Positions 21,933 to 31,599 of a DNA stretch of 64,000 bases are shown here, piece after piece. The number at the start of each line of letters is the position of its first letter. The stretch's first letter is position 1. A program made the position numbers and the translations under genes. Source of the stretch: an uncultured Clostridia bacterium (GTDB taxonomy: Bacteria; Bacillota; Clostridia; Oscillospirales; CAG-272); NCBI GenBank assembly GCA_947588825.1, contig CANPZU010000003.1:7807-71806 (forward strand). The letters are read 5' to 3'. The notes beneath the pieces were generated by a model. It was not told the DNA's origin and ran no database searches. It saw only the letters and a program-made list of their open reading frames with translations.

Positions 21933-22697
21933 TCATTTGTATTTAAGCGCGCTTACTTTTAATCTTCCCTTTCGCGTCAGACCAAGCTCTTTTATCACAA
22001 ATTTGCCGCTCCCGCGCACGGAGATTATATCATCTACCGAAAAACGGTCGGACGGGTCGACTATTTCCTCGTGATTCTTCATAACCTTTCCTTGTGCGAT
22101 AAGGACCTTTGCCTTCTCTCTGGAAAGTCCTGTAATCTCGCCGACCAAACAGTCGACCCGACAGGAGGACATTACAAAGGCCGTTTCCTCATATTCACGC
22201 CTTATACCGGCTAATATATCGCTCGTGGCGGCAAGGACGCTCACCTTGTCTCTTCCAACCCTTGTCAGCGTATCTTTTTGAGTAAGAAGAAGCTCGGCTA
22301 CCGGCTTTATGACAAACACGACGGCGCCCTCCTCGGTAATCACGATGTCTCCGAGCGCGGAACGCTCAATGGAGCAGTTCATGAGAGCTCCGAGACAGGC
22401 TGAGTGAGTGAGCTTTGAATCTCCCGCGGTTTTTATAAGCAGCGCAAGAAAAACGTCCGACGTGTCAAAAGCGTCCGATCCGGCGTAATCCGAAAACAAA
22501 ACGAGTATTTTTCGCTCTGCTTCCGGATATCCGCCGTAAAATGCGTACTTTGACGTCGGATGACAGGAAAGTATGTGACGTTTTGCAATGGCGCATTCCT
22601 CGGGCGTGAGGAATGCCGAGGACGCTGTTCGTCCCGCGCTTGCCATCCTTATCATGTCGTTCACCTTCGAAGTGAACAGCTTTGAGTCGTTTTTCAT
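21933..22697 (-). CDS. ylmH: YlmH family RNA-binding (S4 domain) protein
   Basis: It has a C-terminal S4-like domain and the expected synteny. The ATG at 22697 overlaps the yggT stop as ATGA, indicating translational coupling. The ORF-track start at 22718 is a less likely alternative. Confidence 0.8.
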   Translation of the reverse strand: MKNDSKLFTSKVNDMIRMASAGRTASSAFLTPEECAIAKRHILSCHPTSKYAFYGGYPEAERKILVLFSDYAGSDAFDTSDVFLALLIKTAGDSKLTHSACLGALMNCSIERSALGDIVITEEGAVVFVIKPVAELLLTQKDTLTRVGRDKVSVLAATSDILAGIRREYEETAFVMSSCRVDCLVGEITGLSREKAKVLIAQGKVMKNHEEIVDPSDRFSVDDIISVRGSGKFVIKELGLTRKGRLKVSALKYK

Positions 22698-22960
22698 ATG
22701 AACATCAAAATAACGCACAGGACAAGAGAAGTGACAAAGAACGACAAATCGATGGGAAGCTCCTGAAGCACCGGAATTTTTTCAAGAAGCAATCTGACCG
22801 GGGTTACGATAGGCTCGGTCAAATAGTACAGAATGTCAACTATCTTGCCCTCGTAATCGGGAAAAAGCATTTCTGCGATAAGCCTTGCGAATATAAGAAA
22901 AACCTCAAGGCTGATCGCGGCGCGAACGACAGTTACAACCGTATACCAAACAATAATCAC
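22694..22960 (-). CDS. yggT: YggT family membrane protein (YlmG)
   Basis: An 88-aa protein with two hydrophobic helices, located between sepF and ylmH. Confidence 0.8.
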   Translation of the reverse strand: MIIVWYTVVTVVRAAISLEVFLIFARLIAEMLFPDYEGKIVDILYYLTEPIVTPVRLLLEKIPVLQELPIDLSFFVTSLVLCVILMFI

Positions 22961-23012
22961 GTTTACACCAACATTTTTGCTTTATTTTTAAGTATAAATA
23001 TACCCCGAAAAA

Positions 23013-23492
23013 TCAGAAATTGTCAAAGGATGAGTCTTCCTGCTTCGCCTCTTCAATGATTGGTTCGTCGTCAAGATGCTCTCCCGTAACGCTGACCGAC
23101 CGAGGCGTAATTACAAAGGTGTTGTTTGCGACAGGCTTAATTTGACCGTCGATGGAATATGCGACGCCGTTTAAAAAGTCAACTATCCTTCTTGCCGTCT
23201 CTTTTGTCGTAGTCTCAAGGTTTAGAACAACCGTACATCTATTGATAAGATGATCGGCAATGGTTCCAACCTCCGAAAATGACTGGGGCTTGCAGATCTT
23301 AAGCTCAAGCGCACCCGAGGCGGGGCTGCTTTTGGCAGGGGCACTCGCATGGGCGGCGGGAGCACCCTGGCGTGCGCTTTCGGCCTTTTCGGCGCCTTGC
23401 GCCGCTTCTTTGTCATCCTCTTTGATTTCTACTGCTTCGTCTTCCTGCTCGTCAGGAGAGAAAAGGTCGTTTAAGATATTTTTGAATCCCAT
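23013..23492 (-). CDS. sepF: Cell division protein SepF
   Basis: The 159-aa protein has an N-terminal amphipathic helix (MGFKNILNDLF) and a low-complexity linker. The conserved C-terminal domain reads PQSFSEVGTIADHLINRCTVVLNLE. Confidence 0.88.
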   Translation of the reverse strand: MGFKNILNDLFSPDEQEDEAVEIKEDDKEAAQGAEKAESARQGAPAAHASAPAKSSPASGALELKICKPQSFSEVGTIADHLINRCTVVLNLETTTKETARRIVDFLNGVAYSIDGQIKPVANNTFVITPRSVSVTGEHLDDEPIIEEAKQEDSSFDNF

Positions 23493-23553
23493 GATAACCT
23501 CCGTTAAGTGATTGTTTTATATTGTAATAATTTTATTTTTTGTCTTTTATTTT

Positions 23554-24294
23554 TTACGCCTTGTTATAATCCCTTTTACCAAACAGCGCGCTGCCGACTC
23601 TGATAAGAGTTGCCCCGCACATAATCGCCTCGTTGTAGCTGTCCGACATTCCCATTGACAGGATATAACCTTCCTTATCACTGTTATTATGTATCCTATC
23701 CCCAAAAATGTCAATAAAAATACCGTAAGTTTTTAAAAAAAATTTTTTATATTCCTCCGAGTCGGATATGGGAGGAATAACCATAAGTCCTCGTACCCTT
23801 ATATTTTCAAGCTTTTCGACCCGGTTTATAAATTCCTTTGCCATATGCGGCGCTATGCCGCCTTTTGAGCTCTCGGAACCTATATTCACTTCAACCAGCA
23901 CATCCATGACTCGGGAGAACTTTAAAGCCTGTTTGTTTATTTCAAGGGCAAGCTCCATACTGTCAAGCGATTCTATCATCTCTACCTTGTCAATAATGTA
24001 CTTTACCTTGTTTTTTTGCAGCCTGCCTATAAAGTGTATGTGGAGAAGGTCGCGTCTTAAACCGTCGTATTTTGACAAGAGCTCCTGGACTCGGTTTTCT
24101 CCGATATACTGTAAGCCGAGATGCTCGGCGGCGTAGTTTATAACGTCGCAGGAGAGCGTCTTTGTAGCCGCCATGAGTGTGACCTTATCTCCCCGTCCCG
24201 ACCTTTGTATATCCGCTCTTACCGCGGCAAATCTTAAGTCAAGCTCAGCTTTGTATTCTTCAGTTAATAATTTTTCCGACATAAAGCTCTTCAC
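23554..24294 (-). CDS. yggS: YggS/YlmE family pyridoxal-phosphate homeostasis protein
   Basis: An alanine-racemase N-terminal-like barrel with a PLP lysine in LMAATKT and MGMSDS near the C-terminus. The start could be 24282 or 24294; both overlap the upstream gene. Confidence 0.88.
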   Translation of the reverse strand: MKSFMSEKLLTEEYKAELDLRFAAVRADIQRSGRGDKVTLMAATKTLSCDVINYAAEHLGLQYIGENRVQELLSKYDGLRRDLLHIHFIGRLQKNKVKYIIDKVEMIESLDSMELALEINKQALKFSRVMDVLVEVNIGSESSKGGIAPHMAKEFINRVEKLENIRVRGLMVIPPISDSEEYKKFFLKTYGIFIDIFGDRIHNNSDKEGYILSMGMSDSYNEAIMCGATLIRVGSALFGKRDYNKA

Positions 24295-25504
24295 CCTTTA
24301 CGACTATGTTGTCATAATATTTGAGCGATTTGTATTTCCCGTCGCTTGCGGTAAAAGAAGAGTCGCAAAGTGCGTAAGCATCCTCAACGGCAAGTATCTT
24401 TATTCTGCGAAAATCGATAACGTTTCCGTGGAGAATATACACGCCCTCAAATCCGTCAAGAGATTTTACCGAGGAGAGCGGTATCCTGAATCCTTCAAAT
24501 TTTTCGTAACAGACGCTTACTCTTTGGTATCTTGTAAATAAAAAGTCCGAAGGTATCTTGTCGTATGACAAAACGAGAAAGGCGTTTTCTTGGCCGGTTT
24601 TCCGTATTACTCTTTCAACTTCCATTGAAATCGTCCTTCCGCTTTGCATAAACCGAACCTCATAGTCTCTGCCGGCCAAATAATTCATCGACTCGGAAGA
24701 GCTCACCGGGACCAGCAGATACCAAGTGTATTCCTCAACTATCTTTCCCGTTTTCCCGGGACTTTTTGATATCTCGCCGTCATTTATTTGCAAAAGCTCC
24801 TCAAGAGTAACGGTATGAAGGTCCATTTCTCCGTATATTTCCTCATAGCCGTCGCATTGCGAATAAAAATAACCCGCCACGGAACTTTTTATGGAGGAAT
24901 CGGGAGATCCGAGCTCCGAATAAGCGTCGCTTATTTGCCTGCTTAGCGCGGTTATCTCGTCCTTATAATCTGTGTGGCCGCTTTTTAACTGCTTTATCGC
25001 GCTGTACACCCTTATCTGTGAGGAAACAAGGTCGCACAGCACACGGTCTCCTTCTTCGCTTGCACGCGATAACTCAAGCGAGGCTTCGTTTATCTTCTTT
25101 TCTATGCTTGATACGCTGTACGCGCTTTCAAGATTGACGGCGCTTTCAAGAACGCCAAGTTCCGCCTCAAGCTTGTCTATACGGCTTATTATTTCCTTGC
25201 TTTTGCCGGTGTTTGCGTAAACGTCGGCAATCTTCGCGTTTTTTGAAACTCGCTGTCCGTCGGAAACAGTGAAGCTGCAAACGCCGTCCGTTTCGTCCGT
25301 GAGCTTTTGTTCTTTCCTGACCAAAGTTGCGACCGCGCTGACTTCGCGCGTGAGAGAACCGTTTGTCGTCTCGATCGTTTCGACCTTTTTCACGCCGTCG
25401 CTTACGACGTGATACATAACGTTGCCGATTATCACAATAACCAAAACGATGAGAAAAAACCGAGAAAGAACGCTTGCAATATACTTAAAATCCAAATCTC
25501 TCAC
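24260..25504 (-). CDS. Membrane-anchored coiled-coil protein, HlyD/membrane-fusion-protein-like; function unknown
   Basis: The 414-aa protein has one N-terminal TM (FFLIVLVIVIIGNV), a long predicted coiled-coil middle and a beta-rich C-terminus. I recognised no catalytic motif. Confidence 0.45.
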   Translation of the reverse strand: MRDLDFKYIASVLSRFFLIVLVIVIIGNVMYHVVSDGVKKVETIETTNGSLTREVSAVATLVRKEQKLTDETDGVCSFTVSDGQRVSKNAKIADVYANTGKSKEIISRIDKLEAELGVLESAVNLESAYSVSSIEKKINEASLELSRASEEGDRVLCDLVSSQIRVYSAIKQLKSGHTDYKDEITALSRQISDAYSELGSPDSSIKSSVAGYFYSQCDGYEEIYGEMDLHTVTLEELLQINDGEISKSPGKTGKIVEEYTWYLLVPVSSSESMNYLAGRDYEVRFMQSGRTISMEVERVIRKTGQENAFLVLSYDKIPSDFLFTRYQRVSVCYEKFEGFRIPLSSVKSLDGFEGVYILHGNVIDFRRIKILAVEDAYALCDSSFTASDGKYKSLKYYDNIVVKGEELYVGKIIN

Positions 25505-25554
25505 CGCCTAAATGGATAATACACATTATAATATATATAATAGCATATAGTTGC

Positions 25555-26487
25555 TCATTCTACAAGTGAGTATAAAAAATTTACAATGTTTTCATAATTT
25601 CTGCCCCCGTCGATATCAAAAAAACGTGCATCCCCATAACGTCTGAACCATGTGAGCTGCCTTTTGGCATAGTTTCGGCTCTTGCGCTTAATATTATTAA
25701 CCGCTTCTTCAAATGTGACCTCTCCGTTTGTGTACTCCTTCATCTCTTTATATCCGATCGCCTGCATAGAGGTAAGGTCTGAAGGCAGATTCAGCTCTCT
25801 AACTTCTCCTTCGAGTCCTTGTTTGATCATCGCGTCCACACGGCTGTCTATCCTTTGATACAAATAATCACGGTCAAGGCTTATAAGACTCACGTGCTTT
25901 AGCTCATACCGCGGGGGATCCTTTTGCGTCTTTTCATCCCAAACGCTCTTTGGTATACCCGAGCAAATGTATATTTCAAGCGCTCTTATGACTCTTTTTC
26001 GATTGTTCATGTGAGTCTTGGCGGCGGTTTCGGGATCCACGCGGCGCAGCGTCTCGTAATTGAATTGACTGTCATTCTGCTCGAGCGACCGCCTTACACT
26101 TTCATCGCACGGGGGCGAAAGGGGCGGCGAGGTAGCGACAAGTCTTTCAAAATACATACCCGTTCCCCCGCATATGACAGGGATATTTCCCCTGCTGAAA
26201 ATATCCTCGATGCATTTTGAAGCAAGAGCAACGTAATCGGCACAGGAAAAATTTTCTCTCGGGTCGGCGACGTCTATCATGTGATGCCTGACCCTTGCCA
26301 TATCGGCAGCCGAGGGCTTGGCGGTTCCGATATCCATTCCTCTGTACACCTGCATGGAATCGCAGGAAACTATCTCGCAGCCGCTTTTTTCACAAAGCGA
26401 CATGGCAAGCGCGGATTTGCCGGAAGCCGTCGGCCCTGTTATCGCTATAACTTTTTTCGCCGCCACTTTTACATTCCTTTCACGCAA
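25555..26487 (-). CDS. miaA: tRNA dimethylallyltransferase
   Basis: The P-loop GPTASGKS sits at the N-terminus and the MiaA length is typical. A GTG at 26466 (MAAKKVIAITGPTASGKS), preceded by AAAGGAA, is the more likely start. 26487 is the ORF maximum. Confidence 0.9.
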   Translation of the reverse strand: MRERNVKVAAKKVIAITGPTASGKSALAMSLCEKSGCEIVSCDSMQVYRGMDIGTAKPSAADMARVRHHMIDVADPRENFSCADYVALASKCIEDIFSRGNIPVICGGTGMYFERLVATSPPLSPPCDESVRRSLEQNDSQFNYETLRRVDPETAAKTHMNNRKRVIRALEIYICSGIPKSVWDEKTQKDPPRYELKHVSLISLDRDYLYQRIDSRVDAMIKQGLEGEVRELNLPSDLTSMQAIGYKEMKEYTNGEVTFEEAVNNIKRKSRNYAKRQLTWFRRYGDARFFDIDGGRNYENIVNFLYSLVE

Positions 26488-26520
26488 GACATTTGCAAAA
26501 TACGTTTTATCTTTTGTGAT

Positions 26521-26549
26521 ATTATATCACATTTCTTTTGATTTTTCAA
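26521..26549 (-). promoter_or_regulatory. Candidate sigma-A promoter for miaA
   Basis: The minus strand reads TTGAAA (26549-26544), a 17-nt spacer, then TGaTATAAT (-10 at 26526-26521). Confidence 0.5.
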
Positions 26550-26553
26550 TAGC

Positions 26554-26582
26554 TTGACATGCAGTATTGCATATGCTACAAT
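26554..26582 (+). promoter_or_regulatory. Candidate sigma-A promoter for rlmA
   Basis: TTGACA (26554-26559), a 17-nt spacer, then TGcTACAAT (-10 at 26577-26582). Confidence 0.55.
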
Positions 26583-26652
26583 ACCCTTAGATACGAAATG
26601 ACCAAAAGTCCTCAATTACCGATTGATTGATTAATTGAAAGTAGGAATACGC

Positions 26653-27477
26653 ATGGATATATACTGTCTTGCCTGTCCGATCTGCAATAAACCTCTTGAC
26701 AAATTCTCAAACGTCTGCATGTGCGAGGCCGGACACAGCTTTGACATTTCAAAACACGGCTATGTAAATCTCCTTCCTCCCATGAAAAAGTCCTCTCACG
26801 GCGACAACAAAGAAATGATCCGTGCAAGACGGGATTTTCTTGACACGGGTCATTACCAAAAGCTGCGCGCCGCCCTTACTCAAAGCGTATCCTCCGATTG
26901 CAAAAGAAGTCATGCGCTCCTTCTTGACGCGGGATGCGGCGAAGGATATTACACCAAAGCCGTGTCGGACGCTCTATGCTGCAAGGTCGTGGGGGTGGAT
27001 ATTTCAAAATACGCTCTGATCGGCGCTTCAAAAAGACTGAACGGCGCGTGTCTTGCCGCGGGAAGCATATATCACCTTCCCGTTTTAGCAAAAAAATTCG
27101 ATATAGCTTTAAACATTTTCGCACCGTTTGACAAGGCGCAATATCTCAGAGCGCTTAAAGACGACGGACGGCTCTGCATGGTCATTCCGGGTGAAGATCA
27201 CCTGTTTGAGCTCAAAGCGACGCTGTATAAAAATCCGTACAAAAACAAGCCGGCCCCTTTTGAAATCGAGGGCTTTAAGCTGCTCTCCAAAGAACGCGTC
27301 ACGTATGAAATGGATATAAACTCAAATCAGGATCTTATGAACCTCTTTAAAATGACGCCTTATTATTATCGAACCGACCCCGAGAAGAAAAACATGCTTA
27401 GTCAGATCCCCTCGCTAAAGATAACCGCCGATTTCATTATCCTTCAATACACGGTCGCACAAAACTCACAAACATGA
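26653..27477 (+). CDS. rlmA: 23S rRNA (guanine-N1)-methyltransferase RlmA/RrmA family
   Basis: An N-terminal zinc ribbon (CPICNKPL...CMCEAGHSFD) is followed by the SAM motif LLDAGCGEGYY. The ATG at 26653 (MDIYCLACPIC) is preferred over 26635. Confidence 0.85.
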   Translation: MDIYCLACPICNKPLDKFSNVCMCEAGHSFDISKHGYVNLLPPMKKSSHGDNKEMIRARRDFLDTGHYQKLRAALTQSVSSDCKRSHALLLDAGCGEGYYTKAVSDALCCKVVGVDISKYALIGASKRLNGACLAAGSIYHLPVLAKKFDIALNIFAPFDKAQYLRALKDDGRLCMVIPGEDHLFELKATLYKNPYKNKPAPFEIEGFKLLSKERVTYEMDINSNQDLMNLFKMTPYYYRTDPEKKNMLSQIPSLKITADFIILQYTVAQNSQT

Positions 27478-27637
27478 AAACAAAAACGCAATAAAACGTG
27501 ATGCAAAAGGCAGAAAGCGCCCGAAAAGACCGTTTTTCAAGCGTTATTTCTGCGCACGAATTTGTGCCGTTCGGTTATTTAATACTTATACTTTTCGGCG
27601 CCGATTGCAACTTGTTAAAGCAGTTTTGTTAAAGCGG

Positions 27638-28705
27638 TTAAAGGATGAGCATTGCATCCCCGAAGGAAAAGAAGCGATATTTTTCCTTTATCGCCTCACT
27701 GTAGGCTTTCATAATGAACTCTCTTGAAGAAAAAGCGCTGACAAGCATCAAAAGCGTTGATTCGGGCAGGTGAAAATTTGTAATCAGCGCGTCGACTGCC
27801 TTAAATTTATAGCCCGGATAAATGAAAATGCCAGTTTCGTCGCACATGGGAGTGACAAATCCGTTTTCGTCGGACGCGCTCTCCAATACGCGGCATGAGG
27901 TGGTACCGACGGCGATAACGCGTTTTTTATTTCTTCTGCACTCGTTTATAGCGTCGGCACTCTCTTTTGTTATTGAAAAATACTCGCTGTGCATCACATG
28001 ATCGGCGATTTTTTCGGTCTTTACCGGCCGAAAGGTACCAAGTCCAACATGAAGCATGACCGGCGTCACAGTGACTCCCTTATCTTTAATCCTGTCAATA
28101 AGCTCGTTTGTAAAATGGAGTCCGGCAGTGGGCGCCGCAGCGCTTCCGCGTTCTCCCGCGTAAACCGTTTGATATTTGTCGTTGTCCTGGAGCGGCTTTG
28201 TGATGTACGGAGGAAGAGGCATTTTTCCTATCTCGTCAAGCAGAGTAAATATATCGTATCTGCTCCTGTCGTATTCAAGTTCGAATATTCTTTCACCGTC
28301 ATCGCATATATCGACGACGCGGGCACGCAAGACGCCTTCTCCGAATATAATGACAGTGCCGACTTTGGCGCGTCTGCCCGGTCTGACGAGCGCCTCCCAA
28401 ACATCATTGCCGCCTCGCTGCCTGAGAAGGACCACCTCCATGTTTATTCCAGTGTCAGCCTTTTTACCGATAAGACGGGCGGGAATGACCTTTGAATCGT
28501 TTATGACAAGAACGTCTCCCTTTTCAAGATAGTCAACCACCTCGTAAAACACTCTATGAGTGAAAAGGCCGCTTTTTCTGTCCGCTACAAGCAACCTCGC
28601 GCTGTCGCGTTTTTCGGGCGGGTCCTGAGCTATCAGCTCTTTTGGCAGCTCGTAATAGAAGTCGCGCAGTCTCAAGTCGGTTTTATTTTTTTCGTTTGTT
28701 ATCAT
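27638..28705 (-). CDS. queA: S-adenosylmethionine:tRNA ribosyltransferase-isomerase
   Basis: The 355-aa protein has FYYELPKELIAQ at the N-terminus, MPLPPYI and a TNFHLPESTLLMLVSAF block. All are characteristic of QueA. Confidence 0.93.
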   Translation of the reverse strand: MITNEKNKTDLRLRDFYYELPKELIAQDPPEKRDSARLLVADRKSGLFTHRVFYEVVDYLEKGDVLVINDSKVIPARLIGKKADTGINMEVVLLRQRGGNDVWEALVRPGRRAKVGTVIIFGEGVLRARVVDICDDGERIFELEYDRSRYDIFTLLDEIGKMPLPPYITKPLQDNDKYQTVYAGERGSAAAPTAGLHFTNELIDRIKDKGVTVTPVMLHVGLGTFRPVKTEKIADHVMHSEYFSITKESADAINECRRNKKRVIAVGTTSCRVLESASDENGFVTPMCDETGIFIYPGYKFKAVDALITNFHLPESTLLMLVSAFSSREFIMKAYSEAIKEKYRFFSFGDAMLIL

Positions 28706-28782
28706 ATTCGTTTATCCAATCTGTTATTTAGCCGCTCCTTGCGAAGTTTTCTCCTTTTTCGTCAAGTTTTTATGTATGCACA

Positions 28783-28811
28783 TTGACAAAACCTTTGATT
28801 TGTGATATCAT
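28783..28811 (+). promoter_or_regulatory. Candidate sigma-A promoter for dapA-dapB
   Basis: TTGACA (28783-28788), a 17-nt spacer, then TATCAT (28806-28811). Confidence 0.45.
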
Positions 28812-28931
28812 TAATTTAGATGTGCTCGCGTCATATAAGATCGCTTTGCATTGCAGCAAAACAATTATACAACAATTATTACTACATTTCAACACCATTT
28901 TATTTCTTTCAGGACGAAAGTGAGTTATATC

Positions 28932-29819
28932 ATGTCAAAGAAAACAATTTTTAAAGGCTCGGGAGTTGCGATAATCACACCATTTAAAAATGGGGCCATC
29001 GACTATGAAGCGTTTGGCAGAATGATTGATTTTCAAATACGCGGCATGACCGACGCAATTGTCGTTTGCGGCACGACCGGAGAGTGCGCCACTTTGTCGG
29101 ACGCGGAGCACAGAGAGTGTATCGAGTTCACGGTGGAAAGAGTCGCGGGGAGAATACCCGTCATCGCCGGAACCGGAAGCAACGACACAATGTACGCAAT
29201 AGAGCTTTCAAAACACGCGATATCCGCCGGAGCCGACGGGCTGCTGCTTGTCACACCGTATTACAATAAAGCTTCTTCACAAGGTCTTATAAAGCATTTT
29301 AATCTTATAGCCGATTCTGCAAACGCGCCCTGCATACTCTATAACGTACCCTCAAGGACCGGCTGCAATATCCCGCTTCCGGTATACCGCGAGCTTGCCA
29401 AGAACCCCAACATAGTGGCGGTGAAGGAAGCCTCGGGCAACATTTCACAAATTGCAAAGCTGATTGCCGAATGCGGCGACTCGCTTGATGTGTACAGCGG
29501 GAACGACGACGAGATAGTCCCGATACTCTCGCTTGGAGGCAAAGGAGTCATATCGGTGCTTGCAAATCCCATGCCTAAGGAAACGCACGACATTTGCAGA
29601 CTTTGGTTTGAGGGAAAAACAAAAGAAAGCTCCGCACTTCAGCTAAAGCTCCTTTCATTTTGCAACGCGCTCTTTTCCGAGGTCAATCCCATCCCGGTCA
29701 AAACCGCCATGGCGGCAATGGGCCTCTGTTCGGATGAAATGCGCTTGCCTTTGTGTGAAATGGAGGAGTCAAACAAGCAGCATCTTCTCTCGATAATGAA
29801 GGAGTTCGGTCTTATATAA
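28932..29819 (+). CDS. dapA: 4-hydroxy-tetrahydrodipicolinate synthase
   Basis: Motifs seen are GSGVAIITPF, CGTTGECATL and the Schiff-base lysine in AVKEASG. The ATG at 28932 (MSKKTIFKG) is preferred; the ORF-track start at 28851 adds a non-homologous extension. Confidence 0.93.
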   Translation: MSKKTIFKGSGVAIITPFKNGAIDYEAFGRMIDFQIRGMTDAIVVCGTTGECATLSDAEHRECIEFTVERVAGRIPVIAGTGSNDTMYAIELSKHAISAGADGLLLVTPYYNKASSQGLIKHFNLIADSANAPCILYNVPSRTGCNIPLPVYRELAKNPNIVAVKEASGNISQIAKLIAECGDSLDVYSGNDDEIVPILSLGGKGVISVLANPMPKETHDICRLWFEGKTKESSALQLKLLSFCNALFSEVNPIPVKTAMAAMGLCSDEMRLPLCEMEESNKQHLLSIMKEFGLI

Positions 29820-29904
29820 AATTTACATTTACGGGCTGCGGCTTTTCATATTTACCGCAGCCCTTATTAAATCAAAACCTAATTAAATAAAAAAGGAAGG
29901 TCGT

Positions 29905-30693
29905 TTGAAAACAGCCATGATTAAAATTCTTTTTTGCGGCATAAACGGAAGAATGGGCAAAAACACCCTTGAAACAATAGCGCAGTCCGCCGCATTTTCC
30001 GAAAAGTTCAAGGTGTACGCGGGAGTCGACATAACCCCCGATCAAAATGCTATGATCCCCGTTTACTCGGATATATATAAGGTGCCTGAAAAGCCCGACG
30101 TTATAGTGGACTTTTCGCACCACAGCGCCCTTCCCTCGATTCTCGGCTACGCCGAGCAAAAACGCGTGCCGGCGGTCATCTGCACCACGGGACATTCGCC
30201 GGAAGAACTGGAACTGCTCAAGGAAGCCGCAAGAAAAATACCCGTGTTTTACTCGGGCAATATGTCAATAGGCATAAACCTTCTTACATATCTCACAAGG
30301 AAAGTGGCATCTATACTCGGCGAGGATTTTGACATCGAAATCGTCGAGGCACATCACAACAAAAAGCTTGACGCGCCCAGCGGCACGGCGCTTATGCTGG
30401 CAAACGCCGCCTCAAAGGGTGTCCCTTACAACGCCGAATATGTGTACGACCGCCATTCATACAGAAAGCAGCGCTCCAAGGAAGAAATAGGCATCCACTC
30501 GATACGTGCGGGCACCATTGTCGGCGAACACTGCGTTATTTTCGCCGGAAGCAACGAGACACTGACCCTTTCGCACAGCGCCTCTTCCAGAGCCGCATTT
30601 GCGACCGGCGCTCTGCGAGCGAGCGAATACATCCTCGGAAAGCCCGCGGGAATGTACGACATGAACGATGTCCTTGAAATGTTCGATATCTGA
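29905..30693 (+). CDS. dapB: 4-hydroxy-tetrahydrodipicolinate reductase
   Basis: It has the nucleotide-binding GINGRMG motif and the signature EAHHNKKLDAPSGTA. The TTG at 29905 lies 5 nt after GGAAGG; the ATG at 29917 is an alternative. Confidence 0.93.
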   Translation: MKTAMIKILFCGINGRMGKNTLETIAQSAAFSEKFKVYAGVDITPDQNAMIPVYSDIYKVPEKPDVIVDFSHHSALPSILGYAEQKRVPAVICTTGHSPEELELLKEAARKIPVFYSGNMSIGINLLTYLTRKVASILGEDFDIEIVEAHHNKKLDAPSGTALMLANAASKGVPYNAEYVYDRHSYRKQRSKEEIGIHSIRAGTIVGEHCVIFAGSNETLTLSHSASSRAAFATGALRASEYILGKPAGMYDMNDVLEMFDI

Positions 30694-30713
30694 CAAATGC
30701 CCTCAAAATCAAC

Positions 30714-30750
30714 GCACCTGCATTTTAAAACGCAGGTGCAAAGCTTTTTA
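30714..30750 (+). terminator. Intrinsic terminator after dapB
   Basis: The stem GCACCTGC / GCAGGTGC (8 bp, 10-nt loop) is followed by AAAGCTTTTT. Confidence 0.6.
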
Positions 30751-30783
30751 AAGCGCCGTAAACATTATATATCCCTTAGACGA

Positions 30784-31497
30784 TCAATCCAAAAGCTGCT
30801 TTATGTAATCTTTAAGCTTATTAAAATCTCCGTGCGGATAAAGGGAAATATCCTTTTTATCTTTGTTTATCAGGCAGTTTGTGAGAAGAAAGACCTTCAT
30901 ACCCACACCCAAAGCGGCCATATCCTCGTTTACGTCGTTTCCCACCATAAGACATAAGTCCGTAGAGCAAGACAGCTTTTTTGCAATGTCAGAATAATAT
31001 TTCTCATTCGGCTTGGCATAACAGGTGTTCTCATAAGCGGTATACAGCTCAAAATCCGATGGATCAAGTCCCGCCCATTTTATACGGCTTTCCGTGGCGG
31101 TATGGGGAAAAACGGGATTTGTCGCAAGCGCGACTCTCAGTCCCGCGCTTTTAATAAAACCGATCAACTCCGCCGCCTTCGGATCGGGACTGCAAAAAAT
31201 TTTCGCGCCCTGAAATTCATTCATATAAAACTCTTCAAACAAAGGCTTGTCCTTTATTATTTTTTCGCCGTAAATCTGATACGCAGTATCCCAAAACGCG
31301 TCCTCGTTGCTCCTTGAGCCGTCGTTTCTAACCATTGCGGCGGTTCCTTTCCAAATAGCGGCAATGAGTTTGTCAGCTTCATAGCCGTAAGGGAGCATTT
31401 TGCGGGCAAGCATTTTAAAATACCCGTTTACAAATTCATCCTGATCCATAGGAAGCAGCGTCCCGTCAAGGTCAAAAAGCACCGTTGTTATTTTCAT
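30784..31497 (-). CDS. HAD superfamily hydrolase
   Basis: It has motif I FDLDGTL at residues 8-14 and a late GNDVNED aspartate motif. The substrate is not inferable. Confidence 0.75.
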   Translation of the reverse strand: MKITTVLFDLDGTLLPMDQDEFVNGYFKMLARKMLPYGYEADKLIAAIWKGTAAMVRNDGSRSNEDAFWDTAYQIYGEKIIKDKPLFEEFYMNEFQGAKIFCSPDPKAAELIGFIKSAGLRVALATNPVFPHTATESRIKWAGLDPSDFELYTAYENTCYAKPNEKYYSDIAKKLSCSTDLCLMVGNDVNEDMAALGVGMKVFLLTNCLINKDKKDISLYPHGDFNKLKDYIKQLLD

Positions 31498-31514
31498 TTA
31501 TATTATTACCTTTC

Positions 31515-31562
31515 AAAAACCGTTCTGCCCGTGTGAAGCAAAGCACACGGGCATTTTATGTT
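31515..31562. terminator. Hairpin terminator between the mscS-like and HAD genes; possibly bidirectional
   Basis: There is a perfect 10-bp stem, TGCCCGTGTG / CACACGGGCA (31526-31535 / 31544-31553). On the plus strand it is followed directly by TTTTATGTTTT. On the minus strand a U-run (GAACGGUUUUUG) follows after a 6-nt gap. Confidence 0.55.
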
Positions 31563-31599
31563 TTATGTTGAATTATGTTGAACTTGATATTTGTCTTTG

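Noticed and set aside
26515-26531. A perfect 8-1-8 palindrome, TGTGATAT-T-ATATCACA, between miaA and rlmA, considered as a possible operator.
   Set aside because: On the minus strand it reads TGaTATAAT and sits 17 nt from TTGAAA. It is most simply the extended -10 of the miaA promoter, and the symmetry is largely a consequence of the TATA-rich box.
28706-28931. A possible lysine riboswitch (L-box) upstream of dapA, and likewise upstream of lysA.
   Set aside because: The dapA leader is only about 115 nt from the predicted promoter, is AT-rich, and lacks the GC-rich L-box helices I would expect. lysA is only 18 nt from engB, with no leader at all. An Rfam RF00168 scan would settle it.
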